Part shown: piece by piece, positions 1 through 9,052 of the stretch | How positions within the stretch are numbered: the stretch's first letter is position 1 | How the letters are laid out: each line of letters opens with the position of its first letter | The notes under the pieces: model-generated | Databases searched by the model: none | What the model was told of the DNA's origin: nothing | What the model saw: the letters and a program-made list of their open reading frames with translations, nothing else | DNA from: Candidatus Heimdallarchaeota archaeon | Lineage (GTDB): Archaea > Asgardarchaeota > Heimdallarchaeia > JABLTI01 | Assembly: GCA_019056785.1 (NCBI GenBank) | Contig: DXJV01000068.1 | Coordinates: 117,954 to 141,953 of the forward strand | DNA length: 24,000 bases | Direction: 5' to 3' | Made by a program: the position numbers and the translations under genes

Positions 1-1
1 A

Positions 2-955
2 TCCTTTCTCCATCGTTTAGGGCGGTTTCTGCGAAAATTCATTCTCACTAAAAGTCGGCCGGAATTCCTGCATTTGGTTTCAAATTATCGTACGCGAACA
101 GAGGGGTGGGGAACGAGGTTTGAGGTTATCTCCTTGGACGCGCGGTTTACGACGAAACGCGTGCTCGAATATGTCTACAATTCCATTCACATTTCTGGAA
201 CCATTGAACCTATAGAAGCCTATACGAAAATTGTTGGTTTAGATAAATTGCCTCTCGTGACAAAGGTCCTTCCGTCCCCTTATACAAAAGCAAATGTACA
301 ATGTTATATTATCAATAAATTAAGTACAAAACTTGCTGACCGGACACCTGAGACCTATCAAAAAATGACTGATGTTATTGCTGAAGCTGTCAATAACACC
401 CCCGCTAACTCGGGGATCTTTACCGCTTCCTATGTTGTCCTCGAGAGTTTATTAGATGCTGGTTTAGAACGAAAGATCCAATTGCCCTTGTTTTATGAAA
501 CGAAAAAAATGACTGCAACAGGGAATGACAGATTAGTGAATGAATTCAAGTCCTTTTCCTCAAAGGGTGGTGCTGCACTAATGGGTGTCTTAGGTGGTAG
601 AAGCTCAGAGGGAGCAGATTTTCCAGGAGAATTGATGAATACTTGTATCATTGTAGGTATTCCCTATGCCCGACCAACAACACGAATCGAGGCACAAATA
701 GCTTATCTTGATGAACAATTCGAAAAGAAAGGGCGAGAATTTGGGTATATTATTCCGGCGATGCGCCGTGCTTCCCAGGCTGCGGGCCGGCCAATCCGTT
801 CTATAAATGATAAAGGATTAATCATTTTTCTCGATTATCGCTTTGCTCATACTTATACCTCGAGATTCTTACCTGTTTGGATCAAAGAGAATATGCGTTT
901 GCTTAATTACGAGCCGGGAGTTATAGCGTCTATTGCGCAAGAATTTTTCAAGTGA
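2..955 (+). CDS. xpd: XPD/Rad3-family (DinG-like) DNA helicase, C-terminal half; the 5' end lies upstream of the window
   Basis: The reading frame is open from nt 2, with no stop before the TTG at 74 used by the ORF track, so the gene is cut by the window edge. Helicase C-terminal motifs are GGRSSEGADFPG...IIVGIPYARP and QAAGRPIRSINDKGLIIFLDYRF (motif VI-like QxxGRxxR). Confidence 0.8.
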   Translation, partial: SFLHRLGRFLRKFILTKSRPEFLHLVSNYRTRTEGWGTRFEVISLDARFTTKRVLEYVYNSIHISGTIEPIEAYTKIVGLDKLPLVTKVLPSPYTKANVQCYIINKLSTKLADRTPETYQKMTDVIAEAVNNTPANSGIFTASYVVLESLLDAGLERKIQLPLFYETKKMTATGNDRLVNEFKSFSSKGGAALMGVLGGRSSEGADFPGELMNTCIIVGIPYARPTTRIEAQIAYLDEQFEKKGREFGYIIPAMRRASQAAGRPIRSINDKGLIIFLDYRFAHTYTSRFLPVWIKENMRLLNYEPGVIASIAQEFFK

Positions 956-971
956 GTATTTGCTCTCTAAA

Positions 972-2006
972 TTATGAGAGATAATCCCAGATTGTCGGCG
1001 CATTTTCAGGGTAAAATTGATGAATTTTATTTATATCTACCTTACAACAGATCTTCCCATTCGTATCTTGGACACTGCCTGGAATCTTCAAGATACGTCG
1101 GATGTCAATGGACACCTTCCGGTCAATGCGTGGGTAGCGATATTTTATGATGTGGGTAAAAATCGCGTCTCTATTGTGTTTTTTTCCGAGAAGGCCATCA
1201 TAAATTTTACTAAAAGGCATGCTCCCTTTTTTGAGATTGTATTGAAGACGGTTGATTTGTTCTTTGGTAAATTTGAATGGCGCCGCTTGGAGTTCCTTAA
1301 CCGTCGCTCTTTGGAAATACGACTTCCCAATCATCTCGAGAATGCGATTGCGTAAGGGGATGACATGCTTGAGGTCCTTTTCGACTGCTTGGGTGCGTTT
1401 TTCATCTCGAATTAGTGTGAGGTAATTAATAATGCTATTACGCTGGCTCTGGTTAAGGGTGCCAGCAGTGGGGTCTCTGACCCAGCCATGAAACCCTCGT
1501 CTGCCAGAAAAAACCCAGACAATATCTTTAAACCCGAAGTCCTCTCGGAGCGTTCGGTCAAGAAAAGCAACAGCATCTTGCAACAACGACCAGCAAAACT
1601 TACAATACTGCTCTTTACCGCGACAACCACACGTACGGACAAGGTCATAGTCATTCAAGTCGAGATCAAAACAGAACTCACGATAGCTCCATTTAATCTT
1701 TTGAATGGTGTTATTTTTCGATGGCGGGATTTCATAAACTGCTCCAACATAGCTCCGGCGAATGCGATTAGTGGAAAGGAACTCTTTAAGCTCTGTAGAA
1801 GTTTTAAATGAAATGTTGCGAATGAACGAGCCGTCTTCCAAGAGAAAGGCAAATTCGCGCCGATAAAAGCTCGAGAGTCCAATGATTGAAATAAGTTCTG
1901 CCGGGTCAAAATAGTCCCGATAATATCGTTGAATATCCTCCACAGTAACTTTTCTAGCTTGACTATTACCTCCTGCTTTTATTAGTTGTTCCTTATCTGG
2001 AGGCAT
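972..2006 (-). CDS. priS: DNA primase small (catalytic) subunit PriS
   Basis: 344-aa ORF with the archaeo-eukaryotic primase catalytic signature FCFDLDLNDYD, plus SGRRGFHGWV and a Zn-knuckle CGCRGKEQYCKFCW. Its ATG overlaps the priL stop by 1 nt (TAATG). Confidence 0.9.
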   Translation of the reverse strand: MPPDKEQLIKAGGNSQARKVTVEDIQRYYRDYFDPAELISIIGLSSFYRREFAFLLEDGSFIRNISFKTSTELKEFLSTNRIRRSYVGAVYEIPPSKNNTIQKIKWSYREFCFDLDLNDYDLVRTCGCRGKEQYCKFCWSLLQDAVAFLDRTLREDFGFKDIVWVFSGRRGFHGWVRDPTAGTLNQSQRNSIINYLTLIRDEKRTQAVEKDLKHVIPLRNRILEMIGKSYFQRATVKELQAAPFKFTKEQINRLQYNLKKGSMPFSKIYDGLLGKKHNRDAIFTHIIKYRYPRIDRKVSIDIRRILKIPGSVQDTNGKICCKVDINKIHQFYPENAPTIWDYLS

Positions 2007-3340
2007 TATTTCCGTACTCCTTTTTTAGATAGAGGGGCGCTTCTTTCTTTTCCTCCCCTTTCGTCCTCTTTCTCTTCTTTTATGAGATTCAAAGTCTTTG
2101 CGGCATATTGCAAATAATTGATCGGATGGCGAATTGGTCTGGCATATCTATTATAGCGTAATTGAAACATAATTGCACATGCTTCACTCGGCTTTTTATC
2201 CACTACCTTCCGAAGTAAGCGAGTAATCAATTCTTGTTGTTTATTCGAGGGATTTTTAAATTCTCGGCGCAAACTTTCATCTATCTGTTGGACAGATTGG
2301 TGGAGGAAGGTACAATAAGCATTATCCTGGATGCTTTCACATTTGTGGGCGCTATAATCTGTTCCCCCACCTTCCAACCCATACATGTAGCGAATTTGAT
2401 ACCCCGCTGGGCCACTTACGAATTGCTCATATGTTAAGCCAATATTATCAACTGCCCGTTCGTACCAGAAGAGCAGCTGTTCCTCTACTGACATGCCGAT
2501 ATTCTTTAGAAATAACCCAAGCTGCAGTCGTTCTTGATGGGTGATGTGACCACGATTCATAACCTCGTTATAGAGATCAAGCATGCATTGTGGGAAAAGG
2601 CTCTGCCGGGTATAGAGCCGGTAATCTCCCAGGGCAATCCTGTCTGACATGGTCCCTACACGATGGATAACTCTCCCTAACTCTTCTCGAAGTTCCTTGA
2701 TGGGTTCAGCTATTGAAGCGCGGGTAATGCGGTCAAGTGATTCGCCAGTCTCTTTTATTCTTTCCCGGAGAAGAGCTTCGAAAGCACGTTTGACACTTCC
2801 CGTAAAATTGTCAATTGGTGCAATCACCCATCCCTCCTTGAGCAGTGCGGACCTATTTCCAACCATTTTAGGCGTGCAAGTAAAATGAACACCAATACTG
2901 TTATTTCTTCTCGAAGCCATTTTAAATTCTTTAAAGCAAGGCTCCTCAATATCAAACTTATTCCATAATTCTCTGGGACTAATGACCTTTTCATAGCCGA
3001 AAAGATAACGGGCGACTTCTAGTTTTATCTCGAGAGACCGTGATTTCAAGAACCGCCACTCAAAAAGGTCCCCTTCTTGTTCAATCAGCCACCCCCGAAC
3101 ACGGGGATCTTCCGCAGCAACGATCCGTAAAAGGCCGTGACCAGCATACTCATCATAAATTTCTTTCTCATAGGAGCTGCGATTTATCCCCTCTGCAGGG
3201 AACCATCGTTGCTTGTTTACGAATTTTATGATTCGCTCCCGAGCAATTTTTGGCCATCGTTCCATATCAATTGTGAATTTTTCTCGTGGAATGGCAACTT
3301 CATTAATTTTCTTCACTACCAGCCAATCAGGAGCAGTCAA
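2006..3340 (-). CDS. priL: DNA primase large subunit PriL
   Basis: 444-aa ORF directly upstream of priS on the same strand. The C-terminal region has four spaced Cys consistent with the PriL Fe-S domain (PQCM, HKCESIQDNAYCTF, EACAIMF). The TTG start at 3340 is preceded by GAGGT; an in-frame ATG at 3265 is an alternative start. Confidence 0.8.
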   Translation of the reverse strand: MTAPDWLVVKKINEVAIPREKFTIDMERWPKIARERIIKFVNKQRWFPAEGINRSSYEKEIYDEYAGHGLLRIVAAEDPRVRGWLIEQEGDLFEWRFLKSRSLEIKLEVARYLFGYEKVISPRELWNKFDIEEPCFKEFKMASRRNNSIGVHFTCTPKMVGNRSALLKEGWVIAPIDNFTGSVKRAFEALLRERIKETGESLDRITRASIAEPIKELREELGRVIHRVGTMSDRIALGDYRLYTRQSLFPQCMLDLYNEVMNRGHITHQERLQLGLFLKNIGMSVEEQLLFWYERAVDNIGLTYEQFVSGPAGYQIRYMYGLEGGGTDYSAHKCESIQDNAYCTFLHQSVQQIDESLRREFKNPSNKQQELITRLLRKVVDKKPSEACAIMFQLRYNRYARPIRHPINYLQYAAKTLNLIKEEKEDERGGKERSAPLSKKGVRK

Positions 3341-3481
3341 ATTCTGGAACCTCTAAAAAGAAATACTACGCTTCACTATAATAATTTGCCTTTTTGTTGT
3401 TAATAACTATTCAAACGATTATTAACATTCTGACGAAGAATTTATTATTAGCTATTGCTTCCAATTCAACTGTGATGAATC

Positions 3482-3655
3482 GTGCCGGTGGAAATTGACC
3501 ATAAAGCCTGCGGGAAATGCCTTGGTTGTGCAACAATCTGCCCAGAAACGCTCTATTCCCTAGAAAATGACCGGCTTGTTATTGCCGATGGTTGTACGGA
3601 CTGTGGGTTATGTATTGACTGTTGCCCCGTTAAAGCTATAAAATACATTGAATAG
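3482..3655 (+). CDS. Small 2x[4Fe-4S] ferredoxin (57 aa), absent from the supplied ORF track
   Basis: Hand translation: (M)PVEIDHKACGKCLGCATICPETLYSLENDRLVIADGCTDCGLCIDCCPVKAIKYIE. It has two complete CxxCxxCxxxCP motifs. GTG start (3482, or 3488), TAG stop at 3653-3655, and an upstream in-frame TGA at 3476. Confidence 0.75.
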   Translation: MPVEIDHKACGKCLGCATICPETLYSLENDRLVIADGCTDCGLCIDCCPVKAIKYIE

Positions 3656-3802
3656 TTCGCCTTGTATTTGTCCTTCTTTTCAGCCACCTAGGAAGTTTTT
3701 CAGTAAAAAAAAACGCTGTAATTTCCTTGTATTATATACATATTCTTTGCCTTTTAATGCTGTAAATGACTAATCTAATATGACATAGTTGGAGGATTAA
3801 TA

Positions 3803-4225
3803 TTGAGTGTAATAGCTACTATTGGAATTATTAGTTTAGGTACGGTGATAGGCACCTCTTTGTTCCTCTTTCGGAGAAAGCCCAAGAACAGCTTCTCACT
3901 CGAAAGTGAAAAAAAGGAAGTTGTAACATTAACCCTCCGGGGATTGGGCGACATTGATATGATATGTGAAACCATTAACCGCGGGAATGTTGTTATCTTG
4001 GGTGTTAAAGACCTGGCGCGACTGGATATGATCAGATTAAAGCGCTCCATCCAGCAATTGAAATCTCACATGCGCTCCACCGGCGGGGATATTTTCATGC
4101 TCGGGAAAGAGTTTGTAGTTCTCGTCCCTAATACAATGAAACTTTCTTTCATAAAGAATTTAATTGATAATCCAAATGAAGACGGCCTTCCACCAGAACC
4201 CCCAACAGAGGTAGGAACAATTTGA
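3803..4225 (+). CDS. sepF: SepF-like cell-division protein (DUF552) with an N-terminal transmembrane helix
   Basis: The core aligns by eye to the bacterial/archaeal SepF C-domain: VVTLTLRGLGDIDMICETINRGNVVILGVKDL...STGGDIFMLGKEFVVLVPNTMKLS (compare the B. subtilis ...[22 protein letters not shown] pattern). The N-terminus VIATIGIISLGTVIGTSLFLF is hydrophobic. TTG start with GGAGG 7 nt upstream. Confidence 0.7.
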   Translation: MSVIATIGIISLGTVIGTSLFLFRRKPKNSFSLESEKKEVVTLTLRGLGDIDMICETINRGNVVILGVKDLARLDMIRLKRSIQQLKSHMRSTGGDIFMLGKEFVVLVPNTMKLSFIKNLIDNPNEDGLPPEPPTEVGTI

Positions 4226-4632
4226 ATGCAGTGATAGCCTCTCGTATTTATAATCTGGTTTCGACTGACCCCGTAAAAATTGCAATTCTAAATTTACTTG
4301 CAGATGGCAAATGGCATAAACGATTTGAAGTAGAAATGGTTGCAAAGGAACTTCGCCCTACAATGGGCCTGGTTGGCATTGCAACAATTTTCAGGATGCT
4401 CCAAAATGCTGACAGCGAGTTAATTGAGATTTATGATAATGACTCGGGTGTCTTTTATCGGTTGAACCCTCAGAGAATGGCTATCATCCGGAAAATCCTA
4501 GAGCATCTCCAAAACTCCTCGCGAGAGAAACAAACTTCTTCATCACGGCAGTTTGCGCTCTTTAAGGAGCGTGTGCGTCTTTCTCGGCAAAAAGCCGAGA
4601 AGGTGGATGATGACCTCAAACAGTTCTTGTAA
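4222..4632 (+). CDS. Hypothetical small protein, possibly winged-helix DNA-binding
   Basis: 136-aa ORF whose TTG start overlaps the sepF stop by 4 nt, which suggests co-translation. The pattern PVKIAILNLLADGKWHKRFEVEMVAKEL...GVFYRLNP resembles a wHTH. No family was recognised with certainty. Confidence 0.4.
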   Translation: MNAVIASRIYNLVSTDPVKIAILNLLADGKWHKRFEVEMVAKELRPTMGLVGIATIFRMLQNADSELIEIYDNDSGVFYRLNPQRMAIIRKILEHLQNSSREKQTSSSRQFALFKERVRLSRQKAEKVDDDLKQFL

Positions 4633-4664
4633 AAAAAAGCCTAGAAGTAAATTCATTAAAGGTA

Positions 4665-5897
4665 TTAATCCTTTAATGCCTCTCGTAGCAGCTTCACTAA
4701 TGAGGCGTCCTTTTTCATTAGCTTCGTGCCAAGTTTAATTTGAGCCCATTTGCCTGTGACTGCTTTTGTGAGATCTTCACCCGAAAATGCTTCGACAATA
4801 TGTTCCATTTGTTCATCGGTTATTACATCTAAGATTTTACGTGCTTTAGAGCCCAGACTGAACGATTTACCGTAGGCATTGTTCCATTGTTTTTCATAAT
4901 GCTTTCGCAGAAACTTTTCGGTGAAGTTTTCTTCTTCAAAGGCTTTTACAAGGGTTTTGCTTACCATCTCGCCTGCTTCCATTCCATAAGCAATGCCTCC
5001 ACCAGTTAAAGGATTGACTTGTCTTGCTGCATCACCAACAAGGAGCACTCTATCTGTTGCCAATCGTTTTAATGACCCCCCTACTGGAATGGCGCCTATC
5101 CGCTCTTCAATTATTTTTGCATGTTTGAATCGCCGCTTTCCCTCTGGGTGTTTGTAAATAAAGTCATCAAGGTACTCTTTGACACTCTTTTTCCCAAATC
5201 CCACACCAACACCTATGCCAACATTTGCAGAATGTTCTCCTTTTGGAAAGACCCAGAGATACCCTCGGGGAGCAACCTCTGTGCCCATATATAGGTCAAA
5301 CATTGTTGGCTCATCAATTTCTACACCAACCATTTCATAGCCAACAGACGTGTCGAGGTCCTTCGGGTCAATCGGCCCCGCAAGACCAGCATCACGAGCA
5401 ACGGTACTATAAATACCGTCCGCCCCAACAACCACTGGCGCTTTTTCAAGTCCTTCTTTTCCTTTTCGTTCGACTTGAAGTGTCACGCCTTCGGAAGGAT
5501 CAATTTTAATGCTCTTTACTCGAGTATTAATTTGGATATCTGCGCCTTCTTGAACAGCGCCGATTAACAATTCTTTGTCAAAAACACGCCGGTCAACAAT
5601 ATACCCTTCTCCTGCACCAAGACGGTATTCAATAGTGTTCAGTGACGGGCTAAATACTCGGAAGCCATCTATTTCGGTCCGAAAAACATATTTTGGTATG
5701 TCGAGTTTTAAAATGTCCTCGATGGTGTCTTTTCCCATTGCTTCGCCACATTGGACAGGAATCCCAACATGGCTTTTTGCTTCAAGGATTTTTACTTTGA
5801 ATCCTTCACGGGCAAGAAACCTAGCGGTAGTGGATCCAGCAGGACCACTTCCAACTACAATAACATCATATTTTTGACTTGGTGTTTGTTCATTCAT
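4665..5897 (-). CDS. Geranylgeranyl reductase family flavoprotein (digeranylgeranylglycerophospholipid reductase-like)
   Basis: FAD-binding motif YDVIVVGSGPAGSTTARFLAREG and the family motif LVGDAARQVNPLTGGGI. The longest ORF begins at TTG 5933. I prefer ATG 5897 (MNEQTPSQKYDVIVVG...) because the GxGxxG motif then sits at the usual distance from the N-terminus. Confidence 0.85.
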   Translation of the reverse strand: MNEQTPSQKYDVIVVGSGPAGSTTARFLAREGFKVKILEAKSHVGIPVQCGEAMGKDTIEDILKLDIPKYVFRTEIDGFRVFSPSLNTIEYRLGAGEGYIVDRRVFDKELLIGAVQEGADIQINTRVKSIKIDPSEGVTLQVERKGKEGLEKAPVVVGADGIYSTVARDAGLAGPIDPKDLDTSVGYEMVGVEIDEPTMFDLYMGTEVAPRGYLWVFPKGEHSANVGIGVGVGFGKKSVKEYLDDFIYKHPEGKRRFKHAKIIEERIGAIPVGGSLKRLATDRVLLVGDAARQVNPLTGGGIAYGMEAGEMVSKTLVKAFEEENFTEKFLRKHYEKQWNNAYGKSFSLGSKARKILDVITDEQMEHIVEAFSGEDLTKAVTGKWAQIKLGTKLMKKDASLVKLLREALKD

Positions 5898-5980
5898 TCT
5901 TCCTGACATCCAATACTCATCAAATACTCGCAATTTTTTAAAACCTTTTTACACTTCTTTACCACAAGGAGAAGGTAAAA

Positions 5981-7429
5981 TTACTCAAGTATTTTGTTCA
6001 GTGACAACGCCGGATAGTCCAAAGCGGCAACTAATTCTTGCATACTGTCTTTCGCCAATTCAACCCTCGAGTAACTTTTCAGTAGTTGGTTCACTTTATC
6101 TGTCGCTCGTTGGGCAATGGTTTTCCTTCCGAGAGCTATCCATTCATCATTTGTTCCTCTGTCGATTAGCTTGCTGGGGAGATAGTGGTCCTTTCTAAAC
6201 CACTTTAGGGTATGATCATGGGCGAGTAAGTGAGTGGTCTGCTCATCAAATTCTGCCAATAAATGTTTTGCAATGGGTTCATCCCGTTGTTGTATTCCTT
6301 CGACAAAACGATAGATCATCCCGCAAAGCTCGTTATCTATGACCACTTTTTGGATGCTCTGAGTTGTCTCAAAATTCAACATTCCCGCACCTGAAATCAT
6401 GTTCACTCCCTTTATTCCTGCAAGAAGGGCGCCCATACCAGTTTCAAAGCCGGCTTGCATGTCTAAGATTTTTGTGTCTGACATGCCAAGGTAGGCGTGG
6501 GTTGGTATATTAAGGAATTTGCCAATTTCGACATAGCCAAGGTCCAGTATCATCGTATCAATCGACCCCATAGGTGTAGTACCTTTTCGCATATCAAATG
6601 CGGCTGGTGAGCCACCCCAAATGAGCGGCGCACTTGGAGAAACGAGCTGAGTGATAACTAACCCTGCCAAGGTTTCAGCAGTATGTTGAACGATGGCGCC
6701 GAGAATAGTCACAGGCGCATTTGCCCCTGTCATCGGCATCGAAACAAATTCTGAAGGAATGCCTGCTTTTGCAGCATCAATTATACTCTGGCAAGTTAAG
6801 TCACTCCATTTTAAAGGGGGAGATGGGCATGCATCAAAAATGGCGAGAGGCTTTTGCTTTAGTTCTTTTTCACTTCCACGGATTGCGACTAGCATTTTCT
6901 TCATCGCGGCAAAATTTGTCTTAAGAAAAGTGCCGGTGACAATTGGCTTGCTGGAAAATATGAGGCTTAAGAATAATCGATATTTATCAGAGAGTTCTTT
7001 GGGGACATCGGAACAAATAATGGCCGTACTCTGGGCCTTAATATACTCGAGTTGCTCGACTACTTTAGTAAACTCAATATAATCTCGTGTAACTGCCGAT
7101 CGAATTTCGCCTGTTTGATAATCAAGAACAGTTAGTGCCGCTGAACCGGGGTCAAAACAGATGTTTTCTTTTGTCAAGTCACAGACTTTTTTCCCCTCAC
7201 GGTCAAAAAGTGGAATAATTGATGGGGCTGTGGAAAGTGCCTTCTCTATAAGGTCAGGAGGAAATTTAACCCGATGCTTTTCAATATCAATTTCTGCATC
7301 ATTCTCTTTTAAAAGTTCGAGTGCTTCTTGGTTCTCAATAAACGCGCCGATTTCTGCTAAAATCTCTTTTGCTTCACTAATAACCTTCTTCTTTAACTCC
7401 TCAGTTAGAACCTGTATCGCCGGCCTCAA
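5981..7429 (-). CDS. MttB-superfamily (COG5598) methyltransferase, non-pyrrolysine type (quaternary amine/methylamine:corrinoid methyltransferase candidate)
   Basis: 482-aa uninterrupted ORF with no in-frame TAG. The N-terminus LTEELKKKVISEAKEILAEIGAFIENQEALELLKENDAEID is typical of the family, as is the length. TTG start preceded by AGGTGG. It lies in an operon with a corrinoid protein. Confidence 0.8.
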   Translation of the reverse strand: MRPAIQVLTEELKKKVISEAKEILAEIGAFIENQEALELLKENDAEIDIEKHRVKFPPDLIEKALSTAPSIIPLFDREGKKVCDLTKENICFDPGSAALTVLDYQTGEIRSAVTRDYIEFTKVVEQLEYIKAQSTAIICSDVPKELSDKYRLFLSLIFSSKPIVTGTFLKTNFAAMKKMLVAIRGSEKELKQKPLAIFDACPSPPLKWSDLTCQSIIDAAKAGIPSEFVSMPMTGANAPVTILGAIVQHTAETLAGLVITQLVSPSAPLIWGGSPAAFDMRKGTTPMGSIDTMILDLGYVEIGKFLNIPTHAYLGMSDTKILDMQAGFETGMGALLAGIKGVNMISGAGMLNFETTQSIQKVVIDNELCGMIYRFVEGIQQRDEPIAKHLLAEFDEQTTHLLAHDHTLKWFRKDHYLPSKLIDRGTNDEWIALGRKTIAQRATDKVNQLLKSYSRVELAKDSMQELVAALDYPALSLNKILE

Positions 7430-7504
7430 AATCGTTCGACCACCTTTTGCTAATTACTGCTTTCTTTTGTTAAAATCTTTTTGTGTCCTTGCTTTGTACC
7501 TACC

Positions 7505-8155
7505 TTATTCACGACGAAAGCTACAATTAAGAAGGTCGCATGTGTGGCATTCTCGCAAGCCCAGAAGAGGGTCAATTTCAAGGCCAACATTAACAGCAAA
7601 AGAAATACTCTTTTGGGGGATCATTAAGAATGAGGATGTTAAGCGAACATCAATTTTTTCGGCTGGAAGCAAGTTAAAAATGGTTCTCTGCCCTTCTTCT
7701 AAGGGCCAACGGCAATAGCCAGGGCTGAAACGGTGCGTGAACTTTCGTCCGGGAAATTTTGCTCCAATTTCTTTACAGATAATTTGATAACTTTCTTCAG
7801 CAACGGCTTCCGCAGCACACGAAGCAATTGCATCAAGAATAACTGCTTGCGAAAGTTCGCCTTTATTTATGAGTTTATTACTCTCTTCTTCCAATGCTTT
7901 TCCAATAGTGCAAACACATAAAATTGTCCCTTCTGCTTTGGTAAATAGAAACCTTGGCGACAGCTGTTGGCTCGGGAAGAAATCATACAACGCTTTTGGT
8001 TTGATAAATGGTTTGGCAAACTCGAGTAGCTTTTCCACTTCTGTAAGCAAACTTTTTGGCGGTTCTTTCTGTTCCTCTCTTCCCTTTGCGCTGGTAAGAA
8101 GTTGCAGTATTTCCTGAATGGGCAATTGGAAAGGAATGGTTTCAATGATCTTCAC
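7505..8155 (-). CDS. Stand-alone MetH-type reactivation (AdoMet-binding, Met_synt_B12-like) domain protein
   Basis: HRFSPGYCRWPLEEGQRTIFNLLPAEKIDVRLTSSFLMIPQKSISF matches by eye the E. coli MetH activation-domain block [41 protein letters not shown] (RxxPGY AdoMet motif). The GTG start overlaps the upstream stop (GTGA). Confidence 0.7.
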   Translation of the reverse strand: MKIIETIPFQLPIQEILQLLTSAKGREEQKEPPKSLLTEVEKLLEFAKPFIKPKALYDFFPSQQLSPRFLFTKAEGTILCVCTIGKALEEESNKLINKGELSQAVILDAIASCAAEAVAEESYQIICKEIGAKFPGRKFTHRFSPGYCRWPLEEGQRTIFNLLPAEKIDVRLTSSFLMIPQKSISFAVNVGLEIDPLLGLRECHTCDLLNCSFRRE

Positions 8156-9036
8156 TTGTTCTGCTCCTTCAGCCTATCAGCAATATGCTTAATATAGGTG
8201 GGGTTGGTCCCACAACAACCACCAATAATTTGTCCCCCTAAAGAAACTATTTGAATGATGTCTGTAGCAAAGGCTTGGGGGCCAGTCGGGTAAATAGTCT
8301 CTGTGCCAACCAATTGCGGCCTGCCAGCATTCGGCTTAAAAACCAGAGGCTTATCTGTCAATTTGCGCATAATTGGCACTAAATCGATCATTTCATCACT
8401 TCCGATTGTACAATTTGCTCCAAGAACGTCTGCTCCAGCATTAGTCAAAGTACTAACGCATTCTTCTACAGTGTTACCCATAATGGTAAAGAATCCCCTT
8501 TTGGTCTTCTGAAAGGTTATAGACGTAAAAACCGGGACATCTGAAACCTTTTTTACCGCTTTTGTCGCTGCTTCTGCTTCCTTCAAATCGACCATTGTCT
8601 CAATAAAAAAGAAATCCACTCCACAATCTGCAAGAATCTCTGCTTGCTCTAAATAGTTCTCCTCAAAATCCTTTATAGTTGCGCTTCCGACAGGAGGGAG
8701 AAATTTGCCAGAAGGACCAATATCCCCGGCTATAAATCGTCCTTTGGGACAAGCTGCGCGGGCATTTCCTATTGCCTTGCGATTAAATTCTTCAACTTTA
8801 TCAGCAAAACCATGTGCAGCTAATTTCAATCGCGACGCTCCGAATGTGTTGCTCAGTACAGCATCTGCTCCTGCTAAAAAATACTCTTTATGAATTCTTT
8901 GAATGACTGTTGGTTTTGTGGCGTTCCAACTATCTGGGGGAGTGCCCGGGGGCAGCCCTTCGGCAATCAGTAGAGAACCCATGCCGCCGTCGAGGAGCAA
9001 TACCCGTTCCTCTAGTACCTCGAGGATTGATTGCAT
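8152..9036 (-). CDS. Homocysteine-binding S-methyltransferase domain protein (MetH N-terminal module-like, Zn-dependent)
   Basis: The N-terminus LLLDGGMGSLL and the Zn-ligand Cys motifs GANCTIG and IGGCCGTNPTYIKHI are characteristic of the PF02574-type Hcy-binding barrel. Confidence 0.85.
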   Translation of the reverse strand: MQSILEVLEERVLLLDGGMGSLLIAEGLPPGTPPDSWNATKPTVIQRIHKEYFLAGADAVLSNTFGASRLKLAAHGFADKVEEFNRKAIGNARAACPKGRFIAGDIGPSGKFLPPVGSATIKDFEENYLEQAEILADCGVDFFFIETMVDLKEAEAATKAVKKVSDVPVFTSITFQKTKRGFFTIMGNTVEECVSTLTNAGADVLGANCTIGSDEMIDLVPIMRKLTDKPLVFKPNAGRPQLVGTETIYPTGPQAFATDIIQIVSLGGQIIGGCCGTNPTYIKHIADRLKEQNK

Positions 9037-9052
9037 TTCTCACACCCACTCT

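Noticed and set aside
4656-4676. Hairpin TTAAAGG-TATTAAT-CCTTTAA between the convergent wHTH ORF and GGR gene as a dedicated regulatory element
   Set aside because: It is a short AT-rich stem overlapping the GGR stop codon. It is most simply a convergent-gene terminator region or chance, so it is not reported as a feature.
5981-7429. Pyrrolysine (in-frame TAG) in the MttB homolog
   Set aside because: The ORF is uninterrupted over 482 aa with no in-frame amber codon, so it is a non-Pyl member. No pylTSBCD genes are in the window.
7161-7718. 185-aa plus-strand ORF, and similar ORFs at 6693-7082, 10140-10556, 9060-9671, 1017-1355, 1488-1811, 2649-2888 and 5225-5877
   Set aside because: All lie antisense inside well-supported genes (MttB homolog, HEAT, corrinoid, priS, priL, GGR). 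They have low-complexity Ser/Arg/Leu-rich translations and no motifs, which is typical of shadow ORFs.
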